Of a stretch of 46,893 nt of DNA, positions 1-8,727 are shown piece after piece. A program made the translations under genes and the position numbers. The DNA comes from a virus (taxonomy: Duplodnaviria; Heunggongvirae; Uroviricota; Caudoviricetes). Within the stretch, counting starts at the first letter, position 1. Every line of letters begins with the position of its first letter. Below the pieces are notes generated by a model. The model saw only the letters and a program-made list of their open reading frames with translations. It did not search any database and was not told the origin of the DNA. The DNA lies in the IMG/VR virus record IMGVR_UViG_3300045007_000064, positions 124,236-171,128 of that record; one strand, 5' to 3'.

Positions 1-2
1 GT

Positions 3-31
3 TTGACAACACCGCATCTGGGCACTATGCT
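3..31 (+). promoter_or_regulatory. sigma-A/sigma70-type promoter for primase gene
   Basis: TTGACA (3-8), 17-nt spacer, TATGCT (26-31), upstream of the primase start. Confidence 0.8.
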
Positions 32-81
32 GGTTGAATGCCTCAACTCAGTTGGTTTTTCTACCCGAAGGTTTGGTCATA

Positions 82-2709
82 GTGACAGACACAAACCCCA
101 TTCTCAACGGCGCACTCTGGTACGCTCACTCTCTCCACTGGAAGATTCTTCCCACGCACGGTATCCGTCCTGACGGCTCGTGCACCTGTGGGAAGCGGCA
201 TGACGATCCGAAGGATGTCGGCAAGCACGCTGTGTATAACGGCTGGCAGAATGACGCCACGGACGACCTCGCCACCATTCAGGGCTGGTGGAATGCCGAC
301 CCTGATTACAACATCGCGGTGATGGCCAAGAATTCCGGCTTCTTCGTGCTCGACATCGATCCCCGTAACGGCGGAGACGAGTCGTTCTACAAGCTCGAAG
401 AGCGCCTGGGCGGCGATATCCCTCCGACTATTACGCAGATCACGGGTCAGTACACGATTCGCGGCGTGGTCAAGCGCGGAGAGCACCTGTTCTTCAAGGC
501 ACCCGAGGGCTACACATATCCGAAGGACCTGAAGCCCCTCGGCTTCCCGGGCATTGACATCAAGCACAACGGCTACACGATGCTCGCGCCGTCTCGCCAC
601 CTTTCCGGTGTCAACTATGAATGGCACCCGGAGCGGAACCCGGGCAACTTCGAGATGGCTGAGCCGTCCGAAGCGATGATGGACTACCTCGCGCGCCGAG
701 CGGGTGCGCCTCGCAATTCCATCGGCGGTTTCCGTGGCGCAAAGCGTGACGGCGGCGCTGGGGGTCTGTGGGACTGGGTTGCCGAGCTTGAGAACGCTGA
801 CGGCGAGAAGATGGACCTCGACCGCTTCATGGACGAGGGCGTGTCCGAAGGCTCCCGGGCCGTGGACATCCACCGGATCGCCTGCTCCATGGCGAACAAG
901 TACGGCACCGACCCCATCGGTCGTGAGGGTGTCGTGGCGGCGATGCAGAAGTTCAATGCGGAAAAGGTTAAGCCCCCGCTCCCTATGGACGAACTGATGC
1001 TGCACGTCGAGCGCGCCATCGAATTCGTTGCGGCGAACCCGACGAACGACAAGGCCCGCCTGGCGGCTCTTGGTAAGGAAGCGGGAACATACCTCCGTAA
1101 CACGAGTGCGTTCGTGCAGCCCGAGGAATCTCCGATCAAGATTCACACCATGCGTGCCGCCGAGCACACAGGTACGAATGATCAGGACGACCTCCCTGAG
1201 GCTTCGACCATGCCATCCTCGGTGGCTATGGCACTGGACGTTGACGCCCTCGAAGACGAAGAGGGTGGAATCCCGGGTGAGCGCACCATGACCGATACCG
1301 GTAACGGTCGTCGTCTCGTGGACGCGTTCGGGAACACGATGCGCTACACGCCTGGTCTGGGTTGGTTCCTCTGGAACAATCAGTACTGGAACCCGGATGT
1401 GGAGGAGCTAGGTCTTCGTGAGAATGCTAAGAAGCTGAGCGCTATCGTAGGTGCCGAGGCTGCATCGATGACAGACAAGGACGCGATCAAGGCTGCTACA
1501 AAGTGGGCGATGGATTCCAAGTCGAACGCACGCCAGTCCTCGGCAATCGAGTCGGCAAAGTCTGACCCCCGAATCGCGGTTCCTGTCGAGTTCTGGGACG
1601 CGGACCCGCACCTTCTCGGCGTGAAGAACGGTGTCGTGAACCTGAAGACCGGTGAGCTTATCAGTGGTCGTGCAGACCTCCACATTACTCGCCGTGCTCC
1701 TATCGCGTACCAGCCGGGATTCGGCTCTCTGAAGCGCTTCCAGGACTTCCTGGACTTCGCTACAGGCTACGACAAGGAATACCAGAACTGGCTACAGCGC
1801 GCCGCAGGATACACCCTCACGGGTCTGCACACCTACGACGTGATGTTCCTCGTCTACGGCCCTCCGGGAACCGGTAAGAACGTTCTGGTCGAGGCCATCG
1901 TCAAGGCGCTGGGCACAAAGCAGTACGCCCTCCCGCTTCCGTCTGAAGTCCTCGGTTCCGGTGACGGCAAGTCCAACCAGACCGACCAGTACTACTGGGC
2001 AGAAATGCGCGGTCGTCGTATGATCTGGGTGGACGAGCTGCCTGAGACTGAGCGTATGAAGGAGAACGCGGTCAAGAAGCTGACCGGTTCGAGCGAGATT
2101 CAGGCACGTTCACCGGGTGAGCGTCCTTTCACGTTCGAGTCGCAGTCGAAGCTGTGGATCACCACGAACCACCGCCCGATCATTACGGACGATGCTATGT
2201 GGCGTCGTATCCGCCCGATTCCGTGGGACCGTCAGCCGCAGGTCCCGGACCCCACGCTGAAGGCATTCATGCACGACCCTGACGGTGGACTGCCCGCAGT
2301 CCTCGCCTGGGCTGTCGAGGGCGCGCAGCAGATTCTGAACTCCACCGAGGCTGACGCTCTAGGTTGGTGCCAGAAGGTCTCTGAGGCACACGAAATCTAC
2401 CGCCGCAATGAAGATCGACTGGGTATGTTCCTCGAAGAGGAAATGGACGCTAACCCGACCTCGGAGATTCCGATCAAGTCGATCTATGCCGTTTACCAGA
2501 GCTGGACTGAGGGACGAGGTGAGCGCGCGATGAGTCAGATTGCTCTCACGCGTAAGCTACAGGACCGCGGTATTCAGATCACCGGTACCGGCTCTCGTGC
2601 CATGGTCCTCGGGTACACCACCCGCGGCATTCACGAAAACGGGGGCGGATCGGCTTGGAACACCTCAGCATTCAACCGACCCAACCCCCGCGATGACGGC
2701 TGGGCTTAG
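82..2709 (+). CDS. DNA primase/polymerase-helicase (Prim-Pol + PriCT + D5/P4-type SF3 helicase)
   Basis: N-terminal Prim-Pol motifs (FFVLDIDPRNGG, GEHLFF, GIDIK); Walker A GPPGTGKN, Walker B IWVDE, TNHRP..DDAMWRR. GTG at 82 follows GAAGG RBS; ORF track extends to TTG 34. Confidence 0.9.
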   Translation: MTDTNPILNGALWYAHSLHWKILPTHGIRPDGSCTCGKRHDDPKDVGKHAVYNGWQNDATDDLATIQGWWNADPDYNIAVMAKNSGFFVLDIDPRNGGDESFYKLEERLGGDIPPTITQITGQYTIRGVVKRGEHLFFKAPEGYTYPKDLKPLGFPGIDIKHNGYTMLAPSRHLSGVNYEWHPERNPGNFEMAEPSEAMMDYLARRAGAPRNSIGGFRGAKRDGGAGGLWDWVAELENADGEKMDLDRFMDEGVSEGSRAVDIHRIACSMANKYGTDPIGREGVVAAMQKFNAEKVKPPLPMDELMLHVERAIEFVAANPTNDKARLAALGKEAGTYLRNTSAFVQPEESPIKIHTMRAAEHTGTNDQDDLPEASTMPSSVAMALDVDALEDEEGGIPGERTMTDTGNGRRLVDAFGNTMRYTPGLGWFLWNNQYWNPDVEELGLRENAKKLSAIVGAEAASMTDKDAIKAATKWAMDSKSNARQSSAIESAKSDPRIAVPVEFWDADPHLLGVKNGVVNLKTGELISGRADLHITRRAPIAYQPGFGSLKRFQDFLDFATGYDKEYQNWLQRAAGYTLTGLHTYDVMFLVYGPPGTGKNVLVEAIVKALGTKQYALPLPSEVLGSGDGKSNQTDQYYWAEMRGRRMIWVDELPETERMKENAVKKLTGSSEIQARSPGERPFTFESQSKLWITTNHRPIITDDAMWRRIRPIPWDRQPQVPDPTLKAFMHDPDGGLPAVLAWAVEGAQQILNSTEADALGWCQKVSEAHEIYRRNEDRLGMFLEEEMDANPTSEIPIKSIYAVYQSWTEGRGERAMSQIALTRKLQDRGIQITGTGSRAMVLGYTTRGIHENGGGSAWNTSAFNRPNPRDDGWA

Positions 2710-3182
2710 TCCAACCACTCAAATCGATAAATCATATCGATGTCCGCGTCCTGGGCGGCTGCTTCCTGGAGCAGCCGCTCAGCGACACGGGTAAGGTACC
2801 GAGCACCATTCTGGTCTTCCTTGTAGAGCGCGTCTAGGATCGCCTCAGGCTCCTCGGAAACCAATGTCCAGTATCGGAACAGCTCCGGGTACACTAGCGG
2901 CTCAGACCCGTCAGGCTTGCAGTCGGGGCACGGCACAGCATCCGCCGACAGATGCTCTTCGTCCACCTCGTACAGACCGTATCGATCCACAAGCGGGCAC
3001 ATGATCGAGTGGTAGATGTGCGAGACACCTACGCGACTCAGGACGTAGCTACCAGCCTTGGTCTTGTACAGGTCGAATTCGATCCATCGGGACGCCCCGG
3101 GGCGTCTTGATGAGGAGTTGGCGAGGTGCCGACCATCAAACCGCAGGACGCGATTTCCGTTCTTCACTTCATAGGTGGTCAT
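2706..3182 (-). CDS. hypothetical protein with YH-x3-C...PC-x2-C-xP putative Zn site
   Basis: 158-aa ORF, AAGGA RBS, last gene of the minus-strand region; stop overlaps the primase stop. Confidence 0.7.
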   Translation of the reverse strand: MTTYEVKNGNRVLRFDGRHLANSSSRRPGASRWIEFDLYKTKAGSYVLSRVGVSHIYHSIMCPLVDRYGLYEVDEEHLSADAVPCPDCKPDGSEPLVYPELFRYWTLVSEEPEAILDALYKEDQNGARYLTRVAERLLQEAAAQDADIDMIYRFEWLD

Positions 3183-3194
3183 TTCATTCCTTCT

Positions 3195-3485
3195 TTAGTT
3201 CTTAGGCAGACCGAGGATGGCTCGCGCCGTGGCTTCTGATACCCCGATGGCCTTCAATTCTTCTACCGCTGTAAGCTTCGCCTGCAACACCGAAGGGTCC
3301 TCCTCGGGAATCTCGACAGCAGGCTCCGGAGGAACGATCCACTCACCATCAACTAGCTTCCAGCCAATCGCTACCTCTTCGGTGACAGGCATAACCGTGC
3401 AATGCTCTGCGGGTTCATACTCATCTTCGGAATTCCAGAGAATGAGGTTGACAACTTCGTTGTCTTCCAGAACTGCGTATCTCAT
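3195..3485 (-). CDS. small tail-associated protein (tail fibre assembly-like)
   Basis: MRYAVLEDNEVVNLILW...IGWKLVDGEW pattern typical of genes after Gly-rich tail proteins; ATGA overlap. Confidence 0.6.
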   Translation of the reverse strand: MRYAVLEDNEVVNLILWNSEDEYEPAEHCTVMPVTEEVAIGWKLVDGEWIVPPEPAVEIPEEDPSVLQAKLTAVEELKAIGVSEATARAILGLPKN

Positions 3486-4351
3486 GCAAACACCTCCACC
3501 AAAACCACCCCGGGAGCACCGGCACCGCCTGTGGCAGCAGAAGCGCTGCCGGAGTTGTTGGAGGAGCCTCCACCACCGCCGCCGTAGACTCGCCCGGGGT
3601 TCCCAGCTACCACGGCACTTCCTGCGCCGGTATATGCCGCGGGACCTCCACCGCCCATAGCGGACCCTCCACCGCTTCCACCCTGACCAAGGGTGTTATA
3701 GCCGGTGCCGAGCTGTCCAGTGTCACCGTAGGCTAGAATGTCACCGATAGTTCCGTAGCCTCCGCCACCAGCGACAGCGCCGACCATTAGAGCCGTAGAG
3801 GCAGAAGCTAGCCCTCTACCGCCACCAACTGCTTCAGCAAATGTTCCAAAGCTACTAACTCCGCCAGCAGTCCCCGCGGCACCTACGCCACCAGTACCAC
3901 CAGCACCAACAGTAACAGTAACCGATTCAGGCAGATTGGAAGCTAGAATGAAAGATTCGGCGTAACCACCCCCTCCACCTCCGCCACCGCAGGAGTGCTC
4001 ACCTCCAGCAGCCGCGGGTGATCCACCGCCGCCCCCTCCGCCTCCGATAGCTCGAATACGAACGGCCCGCATATCCGGGTAGTTAGCCTTAGTGAAGGTT
4101 CCGCTGGATGTAAACACTAGTGTCTGTACGTATCGGTACCCGGCAAGAATCTGCGGAGCCGCCTGAGATAGCGTCTCAAGTAGGTAGTTGGCGCTACCCA
4201 TTAGCTCAAGCTGTTCAGCCACTTCTTCGCTAGAGATAGCCTCGGAATCGGTGGTACCTCGTGAGGCTGCCTCCTGTGCATTCAGACGACGATATACGTC
4301 GTTGAGGCGCGTGTTCATGGTGCTATTCGCACGTGATCGGTTACTTGCCAC
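3482..4351 (-). CDS. glycine-rich minor tail protein
   Basis: FTSSGTFT...VRIRAIGGGGGGG...VTVTVGAGG...GAPGVVLVE phage Gly-rich domain; position at end of tail module. Confidence 0.75.
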   Translation of the reverse strand: MASNRSRANSTMNTRLNDVYRRLNAQEAASRGTTDSEAISSEEVAEQLELMGSANYLLETLSQAAPQILAGYRYVQTLVFTSSGTFTKANYPDMRAVRIRAIGGGGGGGGSPAAAGGEHSCGGGGGGGGYAESFILASNLPESVTVTVGAGGTGGVGAAGTAGGVSSFGTFAEAVGGGRGLASASTALMVGAVAGGGGYGTIGDILAYGDTGQLGTGYNTLGQGGSGGGSAMGGGGPAAYTGAGSAVVAGNPGRVYGGGGGGSSNNSGSASAATGGAGAPGVVLVEVFA

Positions 4352-7300
4352 GCTTGTCGACCTCCCATTCGGCTACTAGGTCTAGGTTTACGGTCTCGGG
4401 GAAGGTGACGGCATCGGGCACATTCACCTTGAAGGAATCGATCTTGCGAACGATAACATCGGCACGAGGCTCTAGGGCCGTGCCCAGGCGCATCTTCATG
4501 AACGGGTCATCCAGAATGAGCGCACACCAGTCACCCGGGCGGTAGCTTCCCACGAGGGGCGCGATAGAACCATTCAGGGAGACATTCAGGGTGGTGTACG
4601 GCGGTGCGGCCTCGGAGAGGTATCGCTTGGCGAAAGCATAAAGCTCGTTCTTGTCGTCCACACCGCTGACGTTTTCAGTAGCATCCAGCAGAGGCCACTT
4701 ACGTCCGTTGCGTCCCTTCAGAAGGTCCTCAGCGGAGGCGACTCCGATGTTCGGACCGGCTTCTGGACCAAGGTCAGTCTCACCCGCGGCGAAGAATCGA
4801 GTTGCAGCCTCTTCCGCGGATTCATCGATGGATACCTCCGTGATGTTTCCACCGGGGTACTCGAAGATGAGCTTGTCCGCACCGTAGCGACTGATAGGTG
4901 CGACTTCACCTGGTGCCGGAGGGTTGGGGAAGTTGATCGGAAGGAGAACGAAGGTCTTGACAAACTTGTTCTGCTCGCGATCATACGAGCAGTCGATGCG
5001 GTACTCGAATCCATTGATGTTGTCGGAATACTCGTCCAGAGCTTCACCAACAGTCTTCAGCTCGAAACCTCGATACGCAATCGGTTCGATGTTGATTCCT
5101 GTGTAGTCACGGGATTCAAACTGCACACTGAGATTAGCGTTGCCTGGGTAGGGTCCGAAGCTGCTGATGATCACGACTGGACGTACGGTTGCCGTTCCTC
5201 GATGAAGAACGTTCTCCGAAGAGTACGCCGGAATCGTCTTCGATACGGTGAAGGTGTTCGAGTTGGTGTCCACAGACCAAATGTTGTACGTCCCGTTGTA
5301 GGTGTTCGTGACGCTCGCCAGGGACAGCTTGTCGCCCGTCTGCTCCAATACGCTCGCACTGTATCCGGTGAGGCTGAACGTGAAATGCGTGCTCGTAGGT
5401 ACACCTGTTACCGTACGGGTACCGTTGAAGATAGAAGCGCGCTGAGCGGTGAGAGATGTCGGCTCCGTCACTGCGTATGGGAGCGACTGGGCGATGGTGA
5501 AGCTGTTTGAGGTAACAGCCGTGATCGCCCGCGAACCGCTGTGTAGTGAAGTGTTCGTGACGGTGGCCTGAACATCACCCTCGGCCTTAGCCAGGGGCAC
5601 ATCAGTGGAAGCTATGTTGGCACCAGATCGCGCGTAGCTGATAGTGTTCTGCCCCACGGAAGACACCGTGTAGGTACCATTGAACACAGAGGGTCCCATA
5701 ATCTTGAAGTTCGTACCGCTACCCGAAAGGGAGGGCTGGTCGTTTCCCCCACGGAAGAACTCGACATACTTAGTCCCTACGCCGGTCACGGTGTAGCTGC
5801 CGTTGTAGAAGCTTTCCGGAACGGTGATTGTTCCCGAAGCCTTGGAGAGAGGAACAGTCATCGGTACAGGCGGCTTCTTGCCCTTAGCCGCGGCCTGCTT
5901 GTTGGCTGTGACATGGCGCTCGTCTACCCGATACATGACTCGGGTAGCCGTCACATCCGTGACCGCGGCCTCCGAGCTGTTAAATGGCGTACCGATACCA
6001 GCGATCTTGATCTTCTGCCCGATAAGGATGTTGTGTGGTGCAGAGGTCGTAAGGGTGACAAGACCGTTGACCGCTTCCTTGCTGACGACCGTGTATCGAT
6101 CATCCAGACCGGCAATCGTTACCTGGTCGTTCAGCTTCAGGTTGTGCGCCCCGGGCGTGCTGATCCGAGCGGTACCATTCACAATACGACGGCTCGCAAC
6201 CGGGTAGGAGTCATACAGATCGTTCACGGAGAAAGTCATGCCCGCGGTCAAGTTGTGCGGGTACTGTGTCGTGATCGTGGCTACGCTGGACGTGAGCTGC
6301 TTCTTCACGATCTTGTGTGAGTCGAGGCCCTGGATATCCACCACGTTACCGACGCGGAGGTTGTGCGGACGCGCTGTCGTGAAGCGAGTAGTTGTGGTGG
6401 TCGAGGTCTTGGACGTGATATTGGTGGTGTCCGAGAGACCCGTAATCGAGACGGTATCACCTACGGCCAATCCGTGGGCCTTCTCTGTTCGAATGGTTGC
6501 GCGATTATTCGGAGCGTCCAATGCCTTCTCCGAAATGGAGAGAGTGCGATTGACCTCCGCCACGGTCACCGAATTTCCTACGGTAAAGGGGATCGGTGAA
6601 CCTAGCTCGAATGTCAGATACCCGGGAGTGGTCGGGTCCACTCGAACCACGCTCACAGAGGTCGAGCCTACTGTCGCGCGAGCATTCGGTAGGGTCGTCT
6701 GCGGCACGCTAAGCGTGGAGTAGGTCTGGTAACGGAATGTAGTAGGCGTAGGAACGTCCAGGATGACCCAGGTGCCGCTAAACGCCTCGTAGGCATCCCC
6801 GAGTACCATCGTCACGTGCTGTCCCTTAGAGAGGCCGTGAGCGCTCGTAGACGTAACTGTAGCCAATCCAGAGGACATCTGAACAGCCGTGATTGTGGCT
6901 TCGGTGATTGAGACGTCGCTCAGCGCGAAGCGTCCACCATTGCGGTACACCAAATGAGTTGGGCTAGGGGTGTCGGTGATTTCGAACTCACCGTCAAACT
7001 GCGGGCCAACGTCCCGAACCTGGATAGCCTGCCCCGGGGCGATGTTGTGGGGCTTCGAGGTCTGGAGGATGCTGTACCCGTCCAGAGACTCCTTCTTGAT
7101 GATGTCGAAATCGTAAGAGATTCCAGGCTCGATGTAGACGTTCGGGAAATCCGTACCTACAAAGTCGTTAAAGGTAGAGTCAATGAGCGAGCGAATGTAG
7201 TCGAACGCGTCTAGACGCACCGTAACGGTGACATCGGTGTAGTCACCGCGAGGAAGCGGACGCGAAGCCGTACCCTCCACGATGACCAGGGGATAGGTGA

Positions 7301-8678
7301 GGGTATTTACCGAACGGAACATGTTAGATTCTGGACCGTCTGGTACATCTACCGTAAAAACACCATCGATGGTTGAAGGTGAACCATTGAAAGTCTGAAG
7401 CTTAACGTTGATCCGGTCGCCCGTCTTGTACCCGTGGTTTTCCTTGGTGTACCAGTACGACCACCCTCCGCGCATCTCTACAGACTTCAGGTCTGCCACA
7501 GCGGAGCCGCCGATGATTGAGAACCCATCGGTAGTAGGCTGAGGTGTGTCAGCAACTCGGTAGCTTCCGTTGTACTGGAAGTTACTCGGCTCGTTGAACT
7601 CCAGCTTGACTGTAGACCCCGGCTTAGGGGTGGTGTATGATCCGTTGTCGAGCAGAACACTCCAGTTTGCCGGAATGGTCTTCTTTTCCTGGTAAATGGT
7701 GGTGCTACTGTCTGCGGCGTTCGTCCATAGATACTGCTTGGTAGAGGTGTTGGCGGTCGATCCGTCGAAGTATGTACCAACAGAATCTGACGCCTCCCAC
7801 AGCTCCCCCGTGAGGTCGAGGCGGCTTCCGGTAACGACCGAGCCGAGGACACGAGTCACTACGGTCACCTTTACGGTGGAGGGGAAGAGAGAGGTAGAGA
7901 AGACGACGTTGTTCCAGCCGGACGACAGGGTTATAGCCGCGGACTGAGTGGTACCGATCAACACATCAGAAGAATTGTACTGCTGAACATACACAGCAGC
8001 CGAGGCACCGCTAATAGTGGACGGACGAACCCAGTTGGACATAGAGAAAGAGTCCGAGAACTCAATCTCGTTACCTGAATACGTGGATCGAAGGTCGATA
8101 TAGGTTCCGCTTGAAGTGGACTCGGCACGTACGAAGGTATCGATCCCCAGCCCGCCAACGTTCATGCCCGCAGTCGATGTGACCGATAGAGTAGGAGCAG
8201 GACCCCCACCGACCGTGCCTGTGCGCCCAGCGACCGATGTACCGCGCGGGTTGATAGCGAGGTTGGTACGCATGATCTGCCACTCGCTGCTCTCCGGAAC
8301 GTATGAAACCGACGCACCGTACTGATGATTCCAGGTCTTCCAAATCTTGCGGTGGTATAGGTAGCTAGTGAATTCAGACGCCGAAATCTCCAGGTCGCGA
8401 GACGAGAAGGAGTAGCTGCGAGACCAGATGATGCCACCCCAGACACAGACGCCGTTACGCATGACGTACAGCGCCGTGTTTCCCGGCATGGTGGAGTCAT
8501 AGAGGGACATGCTGTCTGTCTCGGCGGTTACAGGAATCTTGCCCTGGAATCGTCCAGCAGCCTTCAGCGAGCACGCATAGGACACATTGCGGAGGGGAAT
8601 CTCTGTAAGGATTCGGTCCGTCATCAGGTCTACAGTGAAATACCGGTAGACTGGCGCAATGGGAGTCTGCTTAGCCAT
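4341..8678 (-). CDS. large minor tail protein (baseplate hub/Tal-like) with inserted CBM-like and nested beta-repeat domains
   Basis: N-terminal YRYFTVDL...EIPLRNVSY...WGGIIWSRSY and C-terminal GDWCALILDD...VRKIDSFKV resemble actinophage hub proteins; multiple HG/HN-x2-GD...FNG repeats. Confidence 0.8.
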   Translation of the reverse strand: MAKQTPIAPVYRYFTVDLMTDRILTEIPLRNVSYACSLKAAGRFQGKIPVTAETDSMSLYDSTMPGNTALYVMRNGVCVWGGIIWSRSYSFSSRDLEISASEFTSYLYHRKIWKTWNHQYGASVSYVPESSEWQIMRTNLAINPRGTSVAGRTGTVGGGPAPTLSVTSTAGMNVGGLGIDTFVRAESTSSGTYIDLRSTYSGNEIEFSDSFSMSNWVRPSTISGASAAVYVQQYNSSDVLIGTTQSAAITLSSGWNNVVFSTSLFPSTVKVTVVTRVLGSVVTGSRLDLTGELWEASDSVGTYFDGSTANTSTKQYLWTNAADSSTTIYQEKKTIPANWSVLLDNGSYTTPKPGSTVKLEFNEPSNFQYNGSYRVADTPQPTTDGFSIIGGSAVADLKSVEMRGGWSYWYTKENHGYKTGDRINVKLQTFNGSPSTIDGVFTVDVPDGPESNMFRSVNTLTYPLVIVEGTASRPLPRGDYTDVTVTVRLDAFDYIRSLIDSTFNDFVGTDFPNVYIEPGISYDFDIIKKESLDGYSILQTSKPHNIAPGQAIQVRDVGPQFDGEFEITDTPSPTHLVYRNGGRFALSDVSITEATITAVQMSSGLATVTSTSAHGLSKGQHVTMVLGDAYEAFSGTWVILDVPTPTTFRYQTYSTLSVPQTTLPNARATVGSTSVSVVRVDPTTPGYLTFELGSPIPFTVGNSVTVAEVNRTLSISEKALDAPNNRATIRTEKAHGLAVGDTVSITGLSDTTNITSKTSTTTTTRFTTARPHNLRVGNVVDIQGLDSHKIVKKQLTSSVATITTQYPHNLTAGMTFSVNDLYDSYPVASRRIVNGTARISTPGAHNLKLNDQVTIAGLDDRYTVVSKEAVNGLVTLTTSAPHNILIGQKIKIAGIGTPFNSSEAAVTDVTATRVMYRVDERHVTANKQAAAKGKKPPVPMTVPLSKASGTITVPESFYNGSYTVTGVGTKYVEFFRGGNDQPSLSGSGTNFKIMGPSVFNGTYTVSSVGQNTISYARSGANIASTDVPLAKAEGDVQATVTNTSLHSGSRAITAVTSNSFTIAQSLPYAVTEPTSLTAQRASIFNGTRTVTGVPTSTHFTFSLTGYSASVLEQTGDKLSLASVTNTYNGTYNIWSVDTNSNTFTVSKTIPAYSSENVLHRGTATVRPVVIISSFGPYPGNANLSVQFESRDYTGINIEPIAYRGFELKTVGEALDEYSDNINGFEYRIDCSYDREQNKFVKTFVLLPINFPNPPAPGEVAPISRYGADKLIFEYPGGNITEVSIDESAEEAATRFFAAGETDLGPEAGPNIGVASAEDLLKGRNGRKWPLLDATENVSGVDDKNELYAFAKRYLSEAAPPYTTLNVSLNGSIAPLVGSYRPGDWCALILDDPFMKMRLGTALEPRADVIVRKIDSFKVNVPDAVTFPETVNLDLVAEWEVDKRGK

Positions 8679-8717
8679 GAAGGCCCCTAAATGTCAGTGT
8701 AAAATGTCGTTCCCACT

Positions 8718-8726
8718 ATCATACCA
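8718..8726 (-). promoter_or_regulatory. extended -10 promoter (TGGTATGAT)
   Basis: TGn-TATGAT 1 nt after the upstream stop, ahead of the 1445-aa gene. Confidence 0.5.
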
Positions 8727-8727
8727 C

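Noticed and set aside
61-1167. 368-aa minus-strand ORF
   Set aside because: Shadow of the primase gene; no RBS or recognisable domain
3500-4060. GGN-rich repeats as a CRISPR or DNA repeat array
   Set aside because: They encode Gly runs; no fixed repeat-spacer periodicity
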